Of a stretch of 64,000 nucleotides of DNA, positions 1 through 10,194 are shown in pieces. The stretch covers positions 1,504,001-1,568,000 of the forward strand of contig OZ251459.1 in assembly GCA_965242525.1 (NCBI GenBank). The letters are read 5' to 3'. Below the pieces are notes generated by a model, which did no database searches, was not told the origin of the DNA, and worked only from the letters and a program-made list of their open reading frames with translations. The first letter of the stretch is position 1; each line of letters opens with the position of its first letter. The position numbers were made by a program, and so were the translations under genes. The DNA is from an uncultured Candidatus Binatia bacterium (GTDB lineage: Bacteria > Desulfobacterota > Binatia > UBA9968 > JAJDTQ01).

Positions 1-1
1 C

Positions 2-1480
2 GCCAACGGGCTGGGAGGGCTCATCAACGCCAAGTCGTGCCAGGCGCCCATGCTGTTCGTGGCGGGGCGCACCCCGGTCACCGAGGGGGAAGTGGCGGGG
101 GGCAAGAGCCAGCACATCCACTGGCGCCAGGAATCCCGGGACCAGGGCGGCATCGTGCGCGAGTTCGTCAAGTGGGACTACGAGAACCGCGCCAACGAGC
201 AACTCGGCGCCATCATCCCCCGGGCCTTCAAGATCGCCATGGCCGAGCCCCGGGGTCCCGTATATCTGTCGCTGCCGCGGGAGTGGCTCTACGAGTCCAT
301 GGAATCCACCCGCGTGTCCGCGGAAGCGTTCAAGCCCCCCGGCAAGCACCAGGCTCCCGAGGACGACCTGGAGCGGGCCGCGGAGCTGCTCATGGACGCC
401 GCGGAGCCGGTCATCCTCACGCGCTACCTGGGGCGGAACCCCGAGGCGGTGTCGGCGCTGGTGGAGTTGGCCGAACTGCTGGCCATACCGGTGGTCCAGC
501 ACTTCATGTCCCAGTACGTGAACTTTCCCGCGAGCCACCCGTGCCACGGCGGCCACGACGTGGACCCCCACCTGTCCCGGGCGGACTTGGTGTTCCTCGT
601 GGACACCGACGTCCCGTGGACGCCGGCCACCCGGGAGCGGCTCCGGCCCGGGGCCTCGGTGCTGCAACTGGAGGCGGACCCGCTGTTCTCCTCCATCCCG
701 GTGTGGAACTTCCCTGTGGACCACGCCATGACCGGGGTCTCCGACGTCACCCTCCCGGTGCTCAACCGCATCGTCCGGCGGAAGCTCGAAGGCGCCGGCG
801 CGGGAACCCGGAAGGCGGTGGAGGAGCGGCGCGCCCGGGTCGAGGCCGCCCACCGGCAGCGGCGCGCGGAACTCGCGGCCCGCATCGATCGAGTGAAGGA
901 CGAGCGGCCCATCCATCCATTGTGGGTCTCCCGCTGCATCGCCGAGGCCATGGACGAGAAGACCATCGTCATGGGGGAGGCGGTGACCTCGCCGGTGGAG
1001 GCCGTGCTCGGGCTGGAACGTCCCGGCTCCCACTTCGGCCAGGCGCCGGCCGGGCACCTGGGGTGGGGTCTGGGCGCGGCCATCGGGGCCAAGCTCGCAG
1101 CCCCGGACCACACGGTCATCGCCGCGGAGGGCGACGGCTGCTACATGTTCAGCGTCCCCACCGCATGCCACTTCACCGCGCAGAAGTACCGGGCCCCGTT
1201 CCTCACCGTGGTCTATAACAACGGGGCGTGGAACGCCTCCCTCAGCACGGTGCGGGAACTCTACCCGGACGGCGCGGCCCAGCAGACCGGGGTCTTTCCG
1301 GGCACGGACCTGACGCCCTCGCCCCGGTTCGAGCTGGTGGCCCAGTCCTGCGGCGCTTACGCGGAGCGCGTCGAAGACCCCGCGGAGCTGCCCGGCGCGC
1401 TCGGACGCGGCCTCAAGGCCGTCAGGGAGGAGGGACGGCAGGCCCTGTTGAACGTCATCTGCCGAAACCCCGCGGGCTGA
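2..1480 (+). CDS. Thiamine pyrophosphate-dependent enzyme (acetolactate synthase-like), 5'-partial
   Basis: Frame open from window start; 'PRGPVYLSLP' motif and TPP-binding motif GDG...YNN ('EGDGCYMF...VVYNNGAW'). Confidence 0.9.
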   Translation, partial: ANGLGGLINAKSCQAPMLFVAGRTPVTEGEVAGGKSQHIHWRQESRDQGGIVREFVKWDYENRANEQLGAIIPRAFKIAMAEPRGPVYLSLPREWLYESMESTRVSAEAFKPPGKHQAPEDDLERAAELLMDAAEPVILTRYLGRNPEAVSALVELAELLAIPVVQHFMSQYVNFPASHPCHGGHDVDPHLSRADLVFLVDTDVPWTPATRERLRPGASVLQLEADPLFSSIPVWNFPVDHAMTGVSDVTLPVLNRIVRRKLEGAGAGTRKAVEERRARVEAAHRQRRAELAARIDRVKDERPIHPLWVSRCIAEAMDEKTIVMGEAVTSPVEAVLGLERPGSHFGQAPAGHLGWGLGAAIGAKLAAPDHTVIAAEGDGCYMFSVPTACHFTAQKYRAPFLTVVYNNGAWNASLSTVRELYPDGAAQQTGVFPGTDLTPSPRFELVAQSCGAYAERVEDPAELPGALGRGLKAVREEGRQALLNVICRNPAG

Positions 1481-1546
1481 CACGGGTCCACGCTTCCGGC
1501 CGACCACGGCCGCTACCCTAGGGAAACACTACCGCAAGGAGGGAAC

Positions 1547-2509
1547 ATGCGTTTGACGAGGATTCTGACCATTGCCCTGGCGTCGGGCGTCCTGGCGCTG
1601 GCCAACGCCCCCGAAACGCCCGCCGCCTACCCGGACGGACCCATCACCATCATCGTGCCCTTCGGGGCCGGCGGAGCCTATGGCCGTCTGGGACGGAAGA
1701 TGGGCGCGGACCTGGAGAAGAAGCTCGGCGTGCCCGTGGTGGTCAAGAACAACCCGGGCGCCGGTGGACGCAAGGGCGCCGTGGTCCTGTTCAAGTCCAA
1801 GCCCGACGGCTACACCATCGGCTTCGTCCACTTCGTCTCCTTCCAGTCCAACGAGATCCTGCGCGGCAAGAAGGCGTCCATCGACTACAACCGCTTCAAG
1901 GTCATCCTGAAGATCTCGGACGCCAAGCAGTTCGTGTTCGTGAACAAGGAGTCGCCCATCCGGAGCTTGGCGGACTTCGAGAAGGCCGGCCGCGCCATCA
2001 AGTTCGCCACCACCGGAGTCGGCGCGGTCACCTGGATCGAGGCCAACGCCCTGGGCGCCACCCTGGGGTTCCCGGTGAAGTTCGTCACCGGCTACAAGAA
2101 CCTGCCCAAGGCCGCCCTCGCCGTTGCCCGGGGTGACGCCGAAGCGGGCGCCGGCGGGTACGTGCACGTCCGCAACGTGCTGGACGACTTGCGCATGCTG
2201 GCCTTCATCTCCGACAAGAAGGACCCCAACCTGCCGGACGTCCCCACCACGACCGAACTGGGGTATCCGCAACTGTCGGTCCTGGGGGTCCCGCGCATCA
2301 TGGCCGCGCCGCCGGGCACGCCCGACGACAGGCTGCAAGTCCTGCGCAAGGCCATGCAGGAGATCATGGCGGACGCCGCTTTCAGGGAGTGGGCCTCGAA
2401 GGGAGGGTTCTTCCTCGACCCGGATGGCCCCGACGCCACCTGGAAGGTGCTGGAGGCCAACGCCGGGATCATGCGCGACATCAAGCCTCTGCTGACCGGC
2501 AAGAAATAG
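1547..2509 (+). CDS. Tripartite tricarboxylate transporter substrate-binding protein (TctC/Bug family)
   Basis: Signal peptide, 'YPDGPITIIVPFGAGG', 'NNPGAGG', 'KPDGYTIG', 'LPDVPT'; RBS aggagg. Confidence 0.92.
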   Translation: MRLTRILTIALASGVLALANAPETPAAYPDGPITIIVPFGAGGAYGRLGRKMGADLEKKLGVPVVVKNNPGAGGRKGAVVLFKSKPDGYTIGFVHFVSFQSNEILRGKKASIDYNRFKVILKISDAKQFVFVNKESPIRSLADFEKAGRAIKFATTGVGAVTWIEANALGATLGFPVKFVTGYKNLPKAALAVARGDAEAGAGGYVHVRNVLDDLRMLAFISDKKDPNLPDVPTTTELGYPQLSVLGVPRIMAAPPGTPDDRLQVLRKAMQEIMADAAFREWASKGGFFLDPDGPDATWKVLEANAGIMRDIKPLLTGKK

Positions 2510-2540
2510 CCCGCGCACGGGCAAGCGTCCCGACCATGCG

Positions 2541-4058
2541 ATGCAGACGGCGCTCGCAGAAGCCGCCCTGAGGGTGACCGACCCGGCCGCCCTGTTCATG
2601 CTGCTCACGGGGACGGCGCTGGGCGTCGTCTTCGGGGCGCTTCCCGGGCTCGGCACCATCACCGCCCTGGCGGTGGTGCTCCCGTTCACCTTCGGCATGG
2701 ACCCCATGCTGGCCATGTTCCTGTACTCGGGCATCATCAGCAGCGGCACGTTCGGCGGGTCCGTGCCCGCCATCCTCCTCAACACCCCCGGCACCCCGCC
2801 CAACGCCGCCACCTGCCTCGACGGCTACCCCATGACCCGCAGGGGCGAGGGCGCCCGGGCCCTGGCCGTGTCCGCAACGGCCTGTTTCGTGGGCTCCCTG
2901 GGCGGCGCCGCGGTCCTCCTGGCCCTGCTCCCCGCGGTCAAGCCGGTGGTGTACGCGTTCGGTCCGCCGGAGTTCTTCTGGCTCGTGGTGTTCGGGCTCG
3001 TGACCATCGCGTTCGCGGCCAAGGGCAACATGGTCAAGGGGCTCGTGGGAGGCGGCCTCGGGATCCTCCTGTCCCTCATCGGGTACACCGAGATGTACGG
3101 CGTTTACCGCTACACCATGGACAGCGAATACCTTTGGGACGGCCTTCCCATGGTCCCCTTCGTCGTGGGGATGCTGGCCGTGAGCGAACTCGTCAGTTAC
3201 TCGGCGAGCGGCGGGATGACGGCGAGCGCGGCGGCCGGCGCCACCGGCGCCGACTGGCGGCGCCAGACGCTCCAGGGGATCCGCGACACCCTCTCCAGGC
3301 CCCTGGCCGCGGCCCGGGCCACGGCCATCGGCGCAGGCATCGGCGTGATCCCGGGAGTGGGAGCCGGGGTCGCCTCGTTCCTCTCCTACGTGGTGGCCAT
3401 CCAGGGCTCGGACGAGCCCGAGACCTTCGGGTCGGGGAACCTCGAAGGGATCATCGCCAGCGAGACCGCCAACGACGCCAAGGACGGGGGTTCGCTCCTG
3501 CCCACGGTGGCCTTCGGCATCCCGGGCAGCGCGGACATGGCCCTGCTCCTCGGAGCCTTCGTCCTCCACGGGTTGCAGCCGGGGCCGCTCCTGCTCCGGG
3601 ACCACATGGACCTGGTCTATGCGCTGCTCCTGGGGATCGTCATCAGCCAGGTGCTCACCAGCGGCCTGGGACTGCTGGCGGTCCCCTGGCTGGCGCGGCT
3701 CAGCACGCTGCCTTCGCGGACCATCGCGCCGTTCGTCCTCGTGCTGGTGTTCGTCGGGATGTACATGCTGCGGAGCAGCATATTCGACGTGGGCCTGGCC
3801 GTGGCGGCCGGCGTCTTCGGCTACTGCATGCGCCGGTTCGGTTTCCCGCTCATCACCGTGGTCATCGGTTTCATCCTCGGACCCCTGGCCGAACAGGCGT
3901 TCCTGCAATCGCTGATGATCTCCGACGGGAGCTACGACATCTTCTACGGCCAGCCCATCGTGGTGGTGCTCATGGTCCTGACCCTCGTCACCGTGACCTT
4001 GCCCGTCGTCAAGTCGCTGCGCCGAAAGGCCGCGGAGAAGGGGGCCGGAGGCCCATGA
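2541..4058 (+). CDS. Tripartite tricarboxylate transporter permease TctA family
   Basis: 'GALPGLG', 'AILLNTPGTP', 'DGYPM', 'ETANDA', 'PTVAFGIPGS'; many TM segments. Confidence 0.93.
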   Translation: MQTALAEAALRVTDPAALFMLLTGTALGVVFGALPGLGTITALAVVLPFTFGMDPMLAMFLYSGIISSGTFGGSVPAILLNTPGTPPNAATCLDGYPMTRRGEGARALAVSATACFVGSLGGAAVLLALLPAVKPVVYAFGPPEFFWLVVFGLVTIAFAAKGNMVKGLVGGGLGILLSLIGYTEMYGVYRYTMDSEYLWDGLPMVPFVVGMLAVSELVSYSASGGMTASAAAGATGADWRRQTLQGIRDTLSRPLAAARATAIGAGIGVIPGVGAGVASFLSYVVAIQGSDEPETFGSGNLEGIIASETANDAKDGGSLLPTVAFGIPGSADMALLLGAFVLHGLQPGPLLLRDHMDLVYALLLGIVISQVLTSGLGLLAVPWLARLSTLPSRTIAPFVLVLVFVGMYMLRSSIFDVGLAVAAGVFGYCMRRFGFPLITVVIGFILGPLAEQAFLQSLMISDGSYDIFYGQPIVVVLMVLTLVTVTLPVVKSLRRKAAEKGAGGP

Positions 4059-4134
4059 GGGGCTCCCTGCCCACCGGACGCTCGCGCCGCCCGCGGCCAC
4101 CTGGAGGAGCCGGAGGCCCATGAAGGGTTCCCTG
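4044..4134. repeat. Direct repeat of the tctA/tctB ATGA junction (26 bp x2, period 65) around a 39-bp insert
   Basis: gccggaggcccatgaggggctccctg (4044-4069) vs gccggaggcccatgaagggttccctg (4109-4134), 24/26 identical. Confidence 0.85.
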
Positions 4135-4644
4135 GCCTTCACCGCGTCGGTGGGCGGGTTCATCGCCCTCCTGCTGTGGGTCGGACTCGGCTATCCTCCG
4201 GAAGTCCAGGTGCTGCCGCTGGTGGTGGGCCTCCCCACCCTCGCGTTGACCCTCGTGCTGCTGGCGGGGGAGTTCCATCCCCCCGTCATGCAACGGCTCG
4301 ACTCCGCACTCGACGACCTCTGGGGCGGCCGCCGGGAGACGCCCGACCAAGCCGCGGATCCGTCCCCGGTCGCGTGGCTCCCGGTCGTGCGCATGATGGG
4401 CTGGGCCGTGGGCTTCTTCGCGGCCGTCTTCCTGCTGGGCATGTTCGTGGTCCCGCCCCTGTTCATCCTGGCGTACCTCGTCACCGAAGCCCGCATGCGT
4501 CCTGCCGGCGCGCTCCTCGCAAGCCTCGCGGCCTCCACCTGCCTCTACGCCGGCATGGCGCTCCTGGGCGTGGACCTTTGGCCCGGCAGCGTCACAGAGG
4601 TGGCGCCCGGGATCCTCGGGGGCGGCATCGTCCCGCCTCTTTGA
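4120..4644 (+). CDS. Tripartite tricarboxylate transporter TctB family small membrane protein
   Basis: Hydrophobic ~4-TM protein directly after TctA. Confidence 0.8.
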   Translation: MKGSLAFTASVGGFIALLLWVGLGYPPEVQVLPLVVGLPTLALTLVLLAGEFHPPVMQRLDSALDDLWGGRRETPDQAADPSPVAWLPVVRMMGWAVGFFAAVFLLGMFVVPPLFILAYLVTEARMRPAGALLASLAASTCLYAGMALLGVDLWPGSVTEVAPGILGGGIVPPL

Positions 4645-4767
4645 GCCGGCCGATTGCGGAACCTCCGGGTTCGCGTTTACAATGGTCTTGCGGCGGTGGG
4701 GGACCGAGGCTTCCGGCCCTTCGCCGACCCGCGCGGCCGTCCGATACCAGTCCGTCAGGAGGGAACC

Positions 4768-5085
4768 ATGGTCTGCAGGATCTTCTGGGGCAAGCTTCGA
4801 CTCGGGAAATGGGCGGAGTACGAGCAGTATTACAACGATGTGGTGGTTCCGGCCACCGCGAACATGCCGGGGTTCCGCGGCCGCCAACTGCTCCAGAGCT
4901 CGGAAAACCCGGACGAAGGGGTCTCCCTCACCTTCTGGGAGACCAAACAGGACATGGAGCAGTACGTGGCCAGCCAGGCCCGGGCCAACATGGTCAAGGG
5001 CGCGGAGAACCTGTACACGGGCGAGTACTGGGTCAAGGACTTCGAGGTGAAGTCCCTGTCCCTGTTGTCCCTGGGGAGCGTGTGA
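4768..5085 (+). CDS. Antibiotic biosynthesis monooxygenase (ABM)-like protein
   Basis: RBS aggagg before ATG 4768; 'MPGFRGRQLL...SLTFWET' ABM-type pattern; 105 aa. Confidence 0.75.
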   Translation: MVCRIFWGKLRLGKWAEYEQYYNDVVVPATANMPGFRGRQLLQSSENPDEGVSLTFWETKQDMEQYVASQARANMVKGAENLYTGEYWVKDFEVKSLSLLSLGSV

Positions 5086-5116
5086 CCCGCGCCGGCGCCC
5101 TCCCGGGGTCCGGTCC

Positions 5117-5959
5117 CTAGGCCGCGTGCTCCCTGAGCCAGCCGTCGATGGCGTCGATCACCACCTGTTCCCGACCGGCGTAGAAGTGGTTGGCGCCAGG
5201 GACCATGACGCACGTGCAGACGTCGGGTCCCGCGGCCTCGGCCAGTTCCCGGGCGTATTCGCGGAAGTAGGCGGCCTCCACCTCTCCCGCGGTCACCAGC
5301 AGGGGACAGCCCAGGGCCGCGGCGTGGGGGCGCACGTCGGTGGTGTGGTGGCGGCCGTACTTGTTGACGTAGGTCCTGCAGGTGAACAGTCCGGTGGCGC
5401 CGCTGGCCGGCGCCCACAGGAACTCCTCTCCCTCGCCCCTGGCCACCCGTTCCTCCGCCGTCGCCATGCGCGCCTCGAACTCCGGGTCCTCCGCGGCCCG
5501 GGCGGCGTAGAACTGCTTGGGGGCGGAGCACGAGACCACGCCCACCACGTCGTCCCGGCGGCGGACTCCCTGGTAGTAGAGGGACTTGACCGAGCCCAGG
5601 CTGTGCCCCACCAGCACGAAGCGCGCGTACCCCTGCTGCCGCAACCGTTGGATGGCGGCGTCCACGTCGAGCAGGCAGTCTTCGAACTCCTCGCAGGTGG
5701 CGCCTCCGAACGCGGTCAGGTCGCCGGCCCGGGCGATCCAGTCATGGCCCCGGGTGTTGATGGAAAAGGCGTGGTGGCCGCGCCCGGCCAGGGCTTCGGC
5801 GAACACCGGCAGGGGGCCGGTGTAGAAGCTCATGGCCACGCCGTGGACCATCACCAGCGCCAAGTCGTCGCGCCGCGGCGCGTCCGCGCGGAACAGGAGC
5901 CCGTGCAGGGTCTCGTGGTCCGAGGTCACGAACGAAAGCAGTTCGGCTTGCCGCGCCAT
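5117..5959 (-). CDS. Alpha/beta-fold hydrolase
   Basis: 'MVHG' oxyanion motif, nucleophile 'VGHSLG', C-terminal 'GANHFY'; RBS ggagg before ATG 5959. Confidence 0.85.
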   Translation of the reverse strand: MARQAELLSFVTSDHETLHGLLFRADAPRRDDLALVMVHGVAMSFYTGPLPVFAEALAGRGHHAFSINTRGHDWIARAGDLTAFGGATCEEFEDCLLDVDAAIQRLRQQGYARFVLVGHSLGSVKSLYYQGVRRRDDVVGVVSCSAPKQFYAARAAEDPEFEARMATAEERVARGEGEEFLWAPASGATGLFTCRTYVNKYGRHHTTDVRPHAAALGCPLLVTAGEVEAAYFREYARELAEAAGPDVCTCVMVPGANHFYAGREQVVIDAIDGWLREHAA

Positions 5960-5988
5960 GGATAACCTCCCTGTCCCGGTCCCGCGGG

Positions 5989-8565
5989 TCACGCGGACCG
6001 CGGCCGGTACGTTTCGAGCCACCTTGCGATGGACTCGCCGTCGCGCTCCAGCCACAGGGCGTTGGAGCGGATGCGCTCCAACGACTGGCGTATGGTGCGC
6101 GCGGCCGCGGGCGCCGGATGCGCCTCGAAGAAGGACTCCACCTCCCGGGCCTTGTCCAGTGTAGTGAAGTCTTCGGTGGTGATGGACACGATGCGGGCGA
6201 TGATGAACCCGCCCTGGCCGTAACGGCCGTCGAACTCGGCCCACCGCTCCCGCAGGAAGTCCCAGGCCAACTCCCGTCCGAAGCGGTTGGCGGCCACCGC
6301 GGCCACCGCCAAAGGCGTGTCCTGGGCGCGCACCTCCCCGGACAGCGAGAACTCCAGCGTGCGCCGCAGGAGCTCCCGGTCCGCGCTGCATCCCAACCCG
6401 TGCAGGCAGCGGTTCTTCTCCTCGTGGAGCTCGGCCTCCCGGTACGCCCGGAGCACCGCCTCGTAACCCTCCAGGCCCCGGTTCTCCACCACCGCGGCAT
6501 ACACCGCGGCCCGCAGGTCCGGGGCCAGGGCGCTGCCGCCGCCCGCCTCCCCGTCGAACCGGCGCAAGGCTTCCCCCACCGATCGGGGGTCGCCGTAGCG
6601 CACCAGGATGCCGATGACCATGGCCCGGAGCATGGTCGCGAGGTGGCCCTCCCCGGGCCGCGGGTCCCACCCGACCCTCGCGCAAACGGGTTGGTACAGG
6701 TCCCGGGCGAAGGCGCGGAACGGTTCGTGGCAGGTCCGGTCGGAGAGGAGCACGTCGTAGGCCCGGAGGTTGTGGGACAGGTCCGCCCACACCGTGTAGT
6801 CGGTCTCGTTGCGGTAGGCCGACGCCATGCCCAGGGCCCGGGGAGCGCCCACGCGGCCGGCCCGGGCCAGGGCGAACGCGTCGTTCTGGATCCCCAGGCG
6901 GTCGGTGGCCGAGAGCCCGCCCGTTTCCACCGCCGCGGCCAGCCGGTCCCACAGACCGGGGCCGTAGTTGACCCGGTAGAACCCGGTCTGGTCCGGGTTG
7001 AGCTTCAGCCAACCCCGGGGCGCCGGTCCCAGGTTCGCCTCCGCCTCTTCGAGGAGGCGGAAGGCGTCCGCCTCCCCTTCGGCGCGAAGGCCCACCGGGA
7101 CCGACCACCGGCTCGGGTCGTCCCGGTCCGGCGCGCCGCTCAGCAGGTACCGGCTCTGGCGGACCTCCACCGCGCCCCGCCCCACTTCCACCGACAGCAG
7201 CGGGTAGCCCGTCTGCTTGGTCCACGTGTCCATCACCCGCTTCACCGGCCGGCCCGACTCCTCCCCAAGGGCCTGCCACAGGTCCTCGGTGGTGGCGTTG
7301 GCGTACTGGTGACGCCGCAGGTAGCGCTGCAACCCCCGGCGGAACGCTTCCTCGCCCAGGTAGGCGGCGAGCATCCGTATCACCGAAGCGCCCTTGCTGT
7401 AGCTGATGGCGTCGAAGATCTCGTTGATCTGCTTCGGGTCCCGCACCTCCACCTCGATGGGGTGCGAGCTCTCGAGGCCGTCCAGGGCCATGGCGCGGCT
7501 GAAGTCGCTGAAGACGAACTGGGTCCACATGTCCCACTCCGGGAACAGGTGATCCACCGCCAGGTACTCCACCCACGAGGCGAACCCCTCGTTGAGCCAC
7601 AGGTGCGTCCACCACTCCATGGTCACCAGGTTGCCGAACCACTGATGCGCCAGCTCGTGGGCGATGACGATGGCCACGCGCTGGCGCGTGGCGGCCGAGG
7701 ACTCCTCGGGGTCCACCAGGATGGCGGTCTCCCGGTAGGTCACCGCCCCCCAGTTCTCCATGGCCCCCGCGGCGAAGTCCGGGATGGCGATCAGGTCCAT
7801 CTTGGGCAACGGATACGGGATGTCGAAGTACTCCTGGAAGAACGACAGGGTCCGGGAAGCCACGTCCAGGGCGAAACGCCCCTGCTCGCCCTTGCCCGCA
7901 GGCGTATAGACCCGCACCGCGACGCCTTCCCGGGTGCGCGTCTCCACGAAGTCGAACTCGCCCACGACGAACGCCAGCAGGTAGGTGGACATGACCGGCG
8001 TCTCCGCGAACCGCACCGTCTTGCGACCGTCCTCCCCTGTCTCCGTGCCGCTCGGCGGCATGTTCGAGATGACCGTCCGGTCCTGGGGCGCCGTCAGCGT
8101 GACCTCGAACACCGCCTTGGCCGCGGGCTCGTCCCAGCACGGGAACGCGCGCCGGGCGTCGGTGGCCTCGAACTGGGTCACCGCCATGTGCCGCTTGCGG
8201 CCGTCCACCCGGTACTCGCTGCGGTAGAACCCGCGCATCTTGTCGTTGAGCTGCCCGGTGAAGTCCAGGAGCAGCTTGGCGGGACCCGGCGCCACCGGCC
8301 GGTCGAAGACCAGGGTGACGGTCTCCCGCTCCTCGTCGGTCTCCACCTGTGCGGGCTCCACCGTGCTCCCGGCCTGCTCCAGGGCCGCCCGCCGGATCTC
8401 CAGCTCCGCGGCGTGCAGCACGATGCGCCGGGTGGCGCTCTCCACCCGGACGTCCACGGACTCGCTGCCGTCGAAGGTGAAGCGGTCCAGGTCCGGCGCG
8501 AGCGTGATGCGGTAACGCTCGGGACGAACGTCGGCGGGCAGCAGCACCCGTCCCTGCTCGGTCAT
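5989..8565 (-). CDS. M1 family aminopeptidase (puromycin-sensitive/ERAP1-like C-terminus)
   Basis: 'TQFEATDARRAFPCWDEP', 'GAMENWG', 'HELAHQWFG...LWLNEGFA'. Confidence 0.96.
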   Translation of the reverse strand: MTEQGRVLLPADVRPERYRITLAPDLDRFTFDGSESVDVRVESATRRIVLHAAELEIRRAALEQAGSTVEPAQVETDEERETVTLVFDRPVAPGPAKLLLDFTGQLNDKMRGFYRSEYRVDGRKRHMAVTQFEATDARRAFPCWDEPAAKAVFEVTLTAPQDRTVISNMPPSGTETGEDGRKTVRFAETPVMSTYLLAFVVGEFDFVETRTREGVAVRVYTPAGKGEQGRFALDVASRTLSFFQEYFDIPYPLPKMDLIAIPDFAAGAMENWGAVTYRETAILVDPEESSAATRQRVAIVIAHELAHQWFGNLVTMEWWTHLWLNEGFASWVEYLAVDHLFPEWDMWTQFVFSDFSRAMALDGLESSHPIEVEVRDPKQINEIFDAISYSKGASVIRMLAAYLGEEAFRRGLQRYLRRHQYANATTEDLWQALGEESGRPVKRVMDTWTKQTGYPLLSVEVGRGAVEVRQSRYLLSGAPDRDDPSRWSVPVGLRAEGEADAFRLLEEAEANLGPAPRGWLKLNPDQTGFYRVNYGPGLWDRLAAAVETGGLSATDRLGIQNDAFALARAGRVGAPRALGMASAYRNETDYTVWADLSHNLRAYDVLLSDRTCHEPFRAFARDLYQPVCARVGWDPRPGEGHLATMLRAMVIGILVRYGDPRSVGEALRRFDGEAGGGSALAPDLRAAVYAAVVENRGLEGYEAVLRAYREAELHEEKNRCLHGLGCSADRELLRRTLEFSLSGEVRAQDTPLAVAAVAANRFGRELAWDFLRERWAEFDGRYGQGGFIIARIVSITTEDFTTLDKAREVESFFEAHPAPAAARTIRQSLERIRSNALWLERDGESIARWLETYRPRSA

Positions 8566-8644
8566 TCCATGTCCTCCAAGGCCGGTTGGGGAAGGTCGTC
8601 GGTGGTTGGTCCTCGTCCGGGCCGGCCGACAAGCCGGGCGGGCG

Positions 8645-9415
8645 CTAGAGGTTCCTGTCGAAGAACTCCAGGGTCCGCTTCCACGCGGTCTCGGCCGCGG
8701 CCTCGTCGTAGTTGCGGCTGTCGGCGTTGGCGAAGGCGTGCCCCGCGTTGGGATAGATGAAGACCATGTGGTCCCCCTTCAGGGTCTTGAGCTTCGCCTG
8801 GAACTCACGGACGTTGTCCACCTCTATGCCGCGGTCCTTCTCCCCGAAGTGCCCCAGGATGGCGGCGCGCATCCTGCTGAGGTCGTCCCTGGGGTTGAAC
8901 CGGCCGTAGTAGATCACCGACGCCTTGACGCCCAGGTCGTTCCTGGCCATCTGGTAGGACCAGCCGCCCCCGAAGCACCAGCCCACGGAGGCGATCCGGG
9001 CAGGGTCCACCTCCCCCTCCAGCCCGGCGAGGTAGCTCACAGCCTGCCGGAGGTTGGCGAAGGCCGAATCCGGGTCCTTCCGCACGCCGCCGGCGAGCTT
9101 CCGCGCCCCGTCCCGGTCCGAGGCCACCCGGCCGTCGTAGAGGTCCACCGCCAGGGCCACGTAGCCCAACTCCGCGAACCTGCGCGCGTTCTCGCGGATG
9201 TTGTCGTTCAGTCCCCACCACTCGTGGATGAGGACCAGGGCGGGACCCGCCTTCCCGTCCGCGGGACGGGCCAGGTAGCCCCTGACCTCGTCGTTCCCCG
9301 CATGGTAGGCCACATCCCCGGCCGTGACCTTCCCGGCCTGTGCAAAGGCCGACCCGGCCGCGGCGTGGCACGCCAGCGACAGGATCACGGCGCACATGAA
9401 GAGGTTGCGTTTCAT
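8645..9415 (-). CDS. Dienelactone hydrolase family protein, secreted
   Basis: Signal peptide; 'IHEWWGLN', 'GWCFGG', 'AGHAF'. Confidence 0.92.
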   Translation of the reverse strand: MKRNLFMCAVILSLACHAAAGSAFAQAGKVTAGDVAYHAGNDEVRGYLARPADGKAGPALVLIHEWWGLNDNIRENARRFAELGYVALAVDLYDGRVASDRDGARKLAGGVRKDPDSAFANLRQAVSYLAGLEGEVDPARIASVGWCFGGGWSYQMARNDLGVKASVIYYGRFNPRDDLSRMRAAILGHFGEKDRGIEVDNVREFQAKLKTLKGDHMVFIYPNAGHAFANADSRNYDEAAAETAWKRTLEFFDRNL

Positions 9416-9467
9416 CGTGTCCCTCCTTCCCGGACCCTTGGAAACCAAAGGTCCGATTTTACGTTCA

Positions 9468-9620
9468 GGAAACTCGGAACAATCCCCGCTCGAACCCCAT
9501 CTCCCGTGGAAAAGCGCGTCCTTCGACTTCGCTTCGCTACGCTCAGGACGAACGGAAATAAGGGGTCAGGGTGAGGGGATCGGGAATCCATCCTGGATGT
9601 CTCGATTGTTCAGAGGTTCC
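9468..9620. mobile_element. MITE-like element with IS5-like termini enclosing a family-A REP palindrome (9516-9555)
   Basis: Ends ggaaactcggaacaat ... attgttcagaggttcc are imperfect inverted repeats; TCA on both flanks. Confidence 0.6.
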
Positions 9621-9739
9621 TCAGGACGAACGTGGATAATCGTTCAGGGTTTCCTTTACAGCTTTCAGGGAGCATTACCACGGCTTCCCTGATCCATCGA
9701 GCCGCAGGTGGGCTATTCCCTTACCCTGATCTCCTGTCC

Positions 9740-9779
9740 CCGTTCGTCCTGAGCGTAGCGAAGCGAAGTCGAAGGACGC
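9740..9779. repeat. REP-like palindrome family A (ccgttcgtcctgagcgtagcgaagcgaagtcgaaggacgc)
   Basis: 40-bp unit recurring about 10 times in the window; inverted relative to the 9516-9555 copy. Confidence 0.9.
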
Positions 9780-9833
9780 ATATCGGTTTCCTTGGCAGCT
9801 GCGCGCCCCGCGGCGGCCTGATGAGCAAGCGAG

Positions 9834-9910
9834 TGGCGCGCCCGAAGGGAGTCGAACCCCTAACCTCCAGATCCGTAGTCTGGCGCTCTATCCAATTGAG
9901 CTACGGGCGC
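9834..9910 (-). tRNA. tRNA-Arg(ACG)
   Basis: Reverse complement GCGCCCGTAGCTCAATTGGATAGAGCG-CCAGA-CTACGGA-TCTGG...GGTTCGACTCC...CCA; 77 nt. Confidence 0.96.
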
Positions 9911-9915
9911 AGACA

Positions 9916-10006
9916 TGGCGGAGAGAGAGGGATTCGAACCCTCGGTACCCTTTTGAGGTACACACGCTTAGCAGGCGTGCGCCTTCGACCGCTCGGCCAT
10001 CTCTCC
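9916..10006 (-). tRNA. tRNA-Ser(GCT)
   Basis: GGAGAGATGGCCGAGCGG...CACGC-CTGCTAA-GCGTG, long variable arm, GGTTCGAATCC, CCA end. Confidence 0.96.
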
Positions 10007-10194
10007 AGTGACATGCGATGGAGTAGAGACTATGACACACACCGCCCGCGCGGTCAAACTTTTCCGCGTCCTTCCGGCTTTCATGTGGGCAAGGCAGGAG
10101 GGGAAGGCAAGCGAAAGGGGTCACGACGTCTTTGCTCCGCAGACGCCTGCCCCGCCATTCCCGCAGACGCGCACCCTCCGTCATTCCTGCGAAG

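Noticed and set aside
5117-8760. Very long ORFs 5117-8632 (-, 1171 aa) and 6118-8760 (+, 880 aa), and similar shadow ORFs across the window
   Set aside because: Off-frame or antisense to well-supported genes, Arg/Gly/Pro-rich with no motifs; expected at this GC content. Only the last 280 aa of the first is a real hydrolase.
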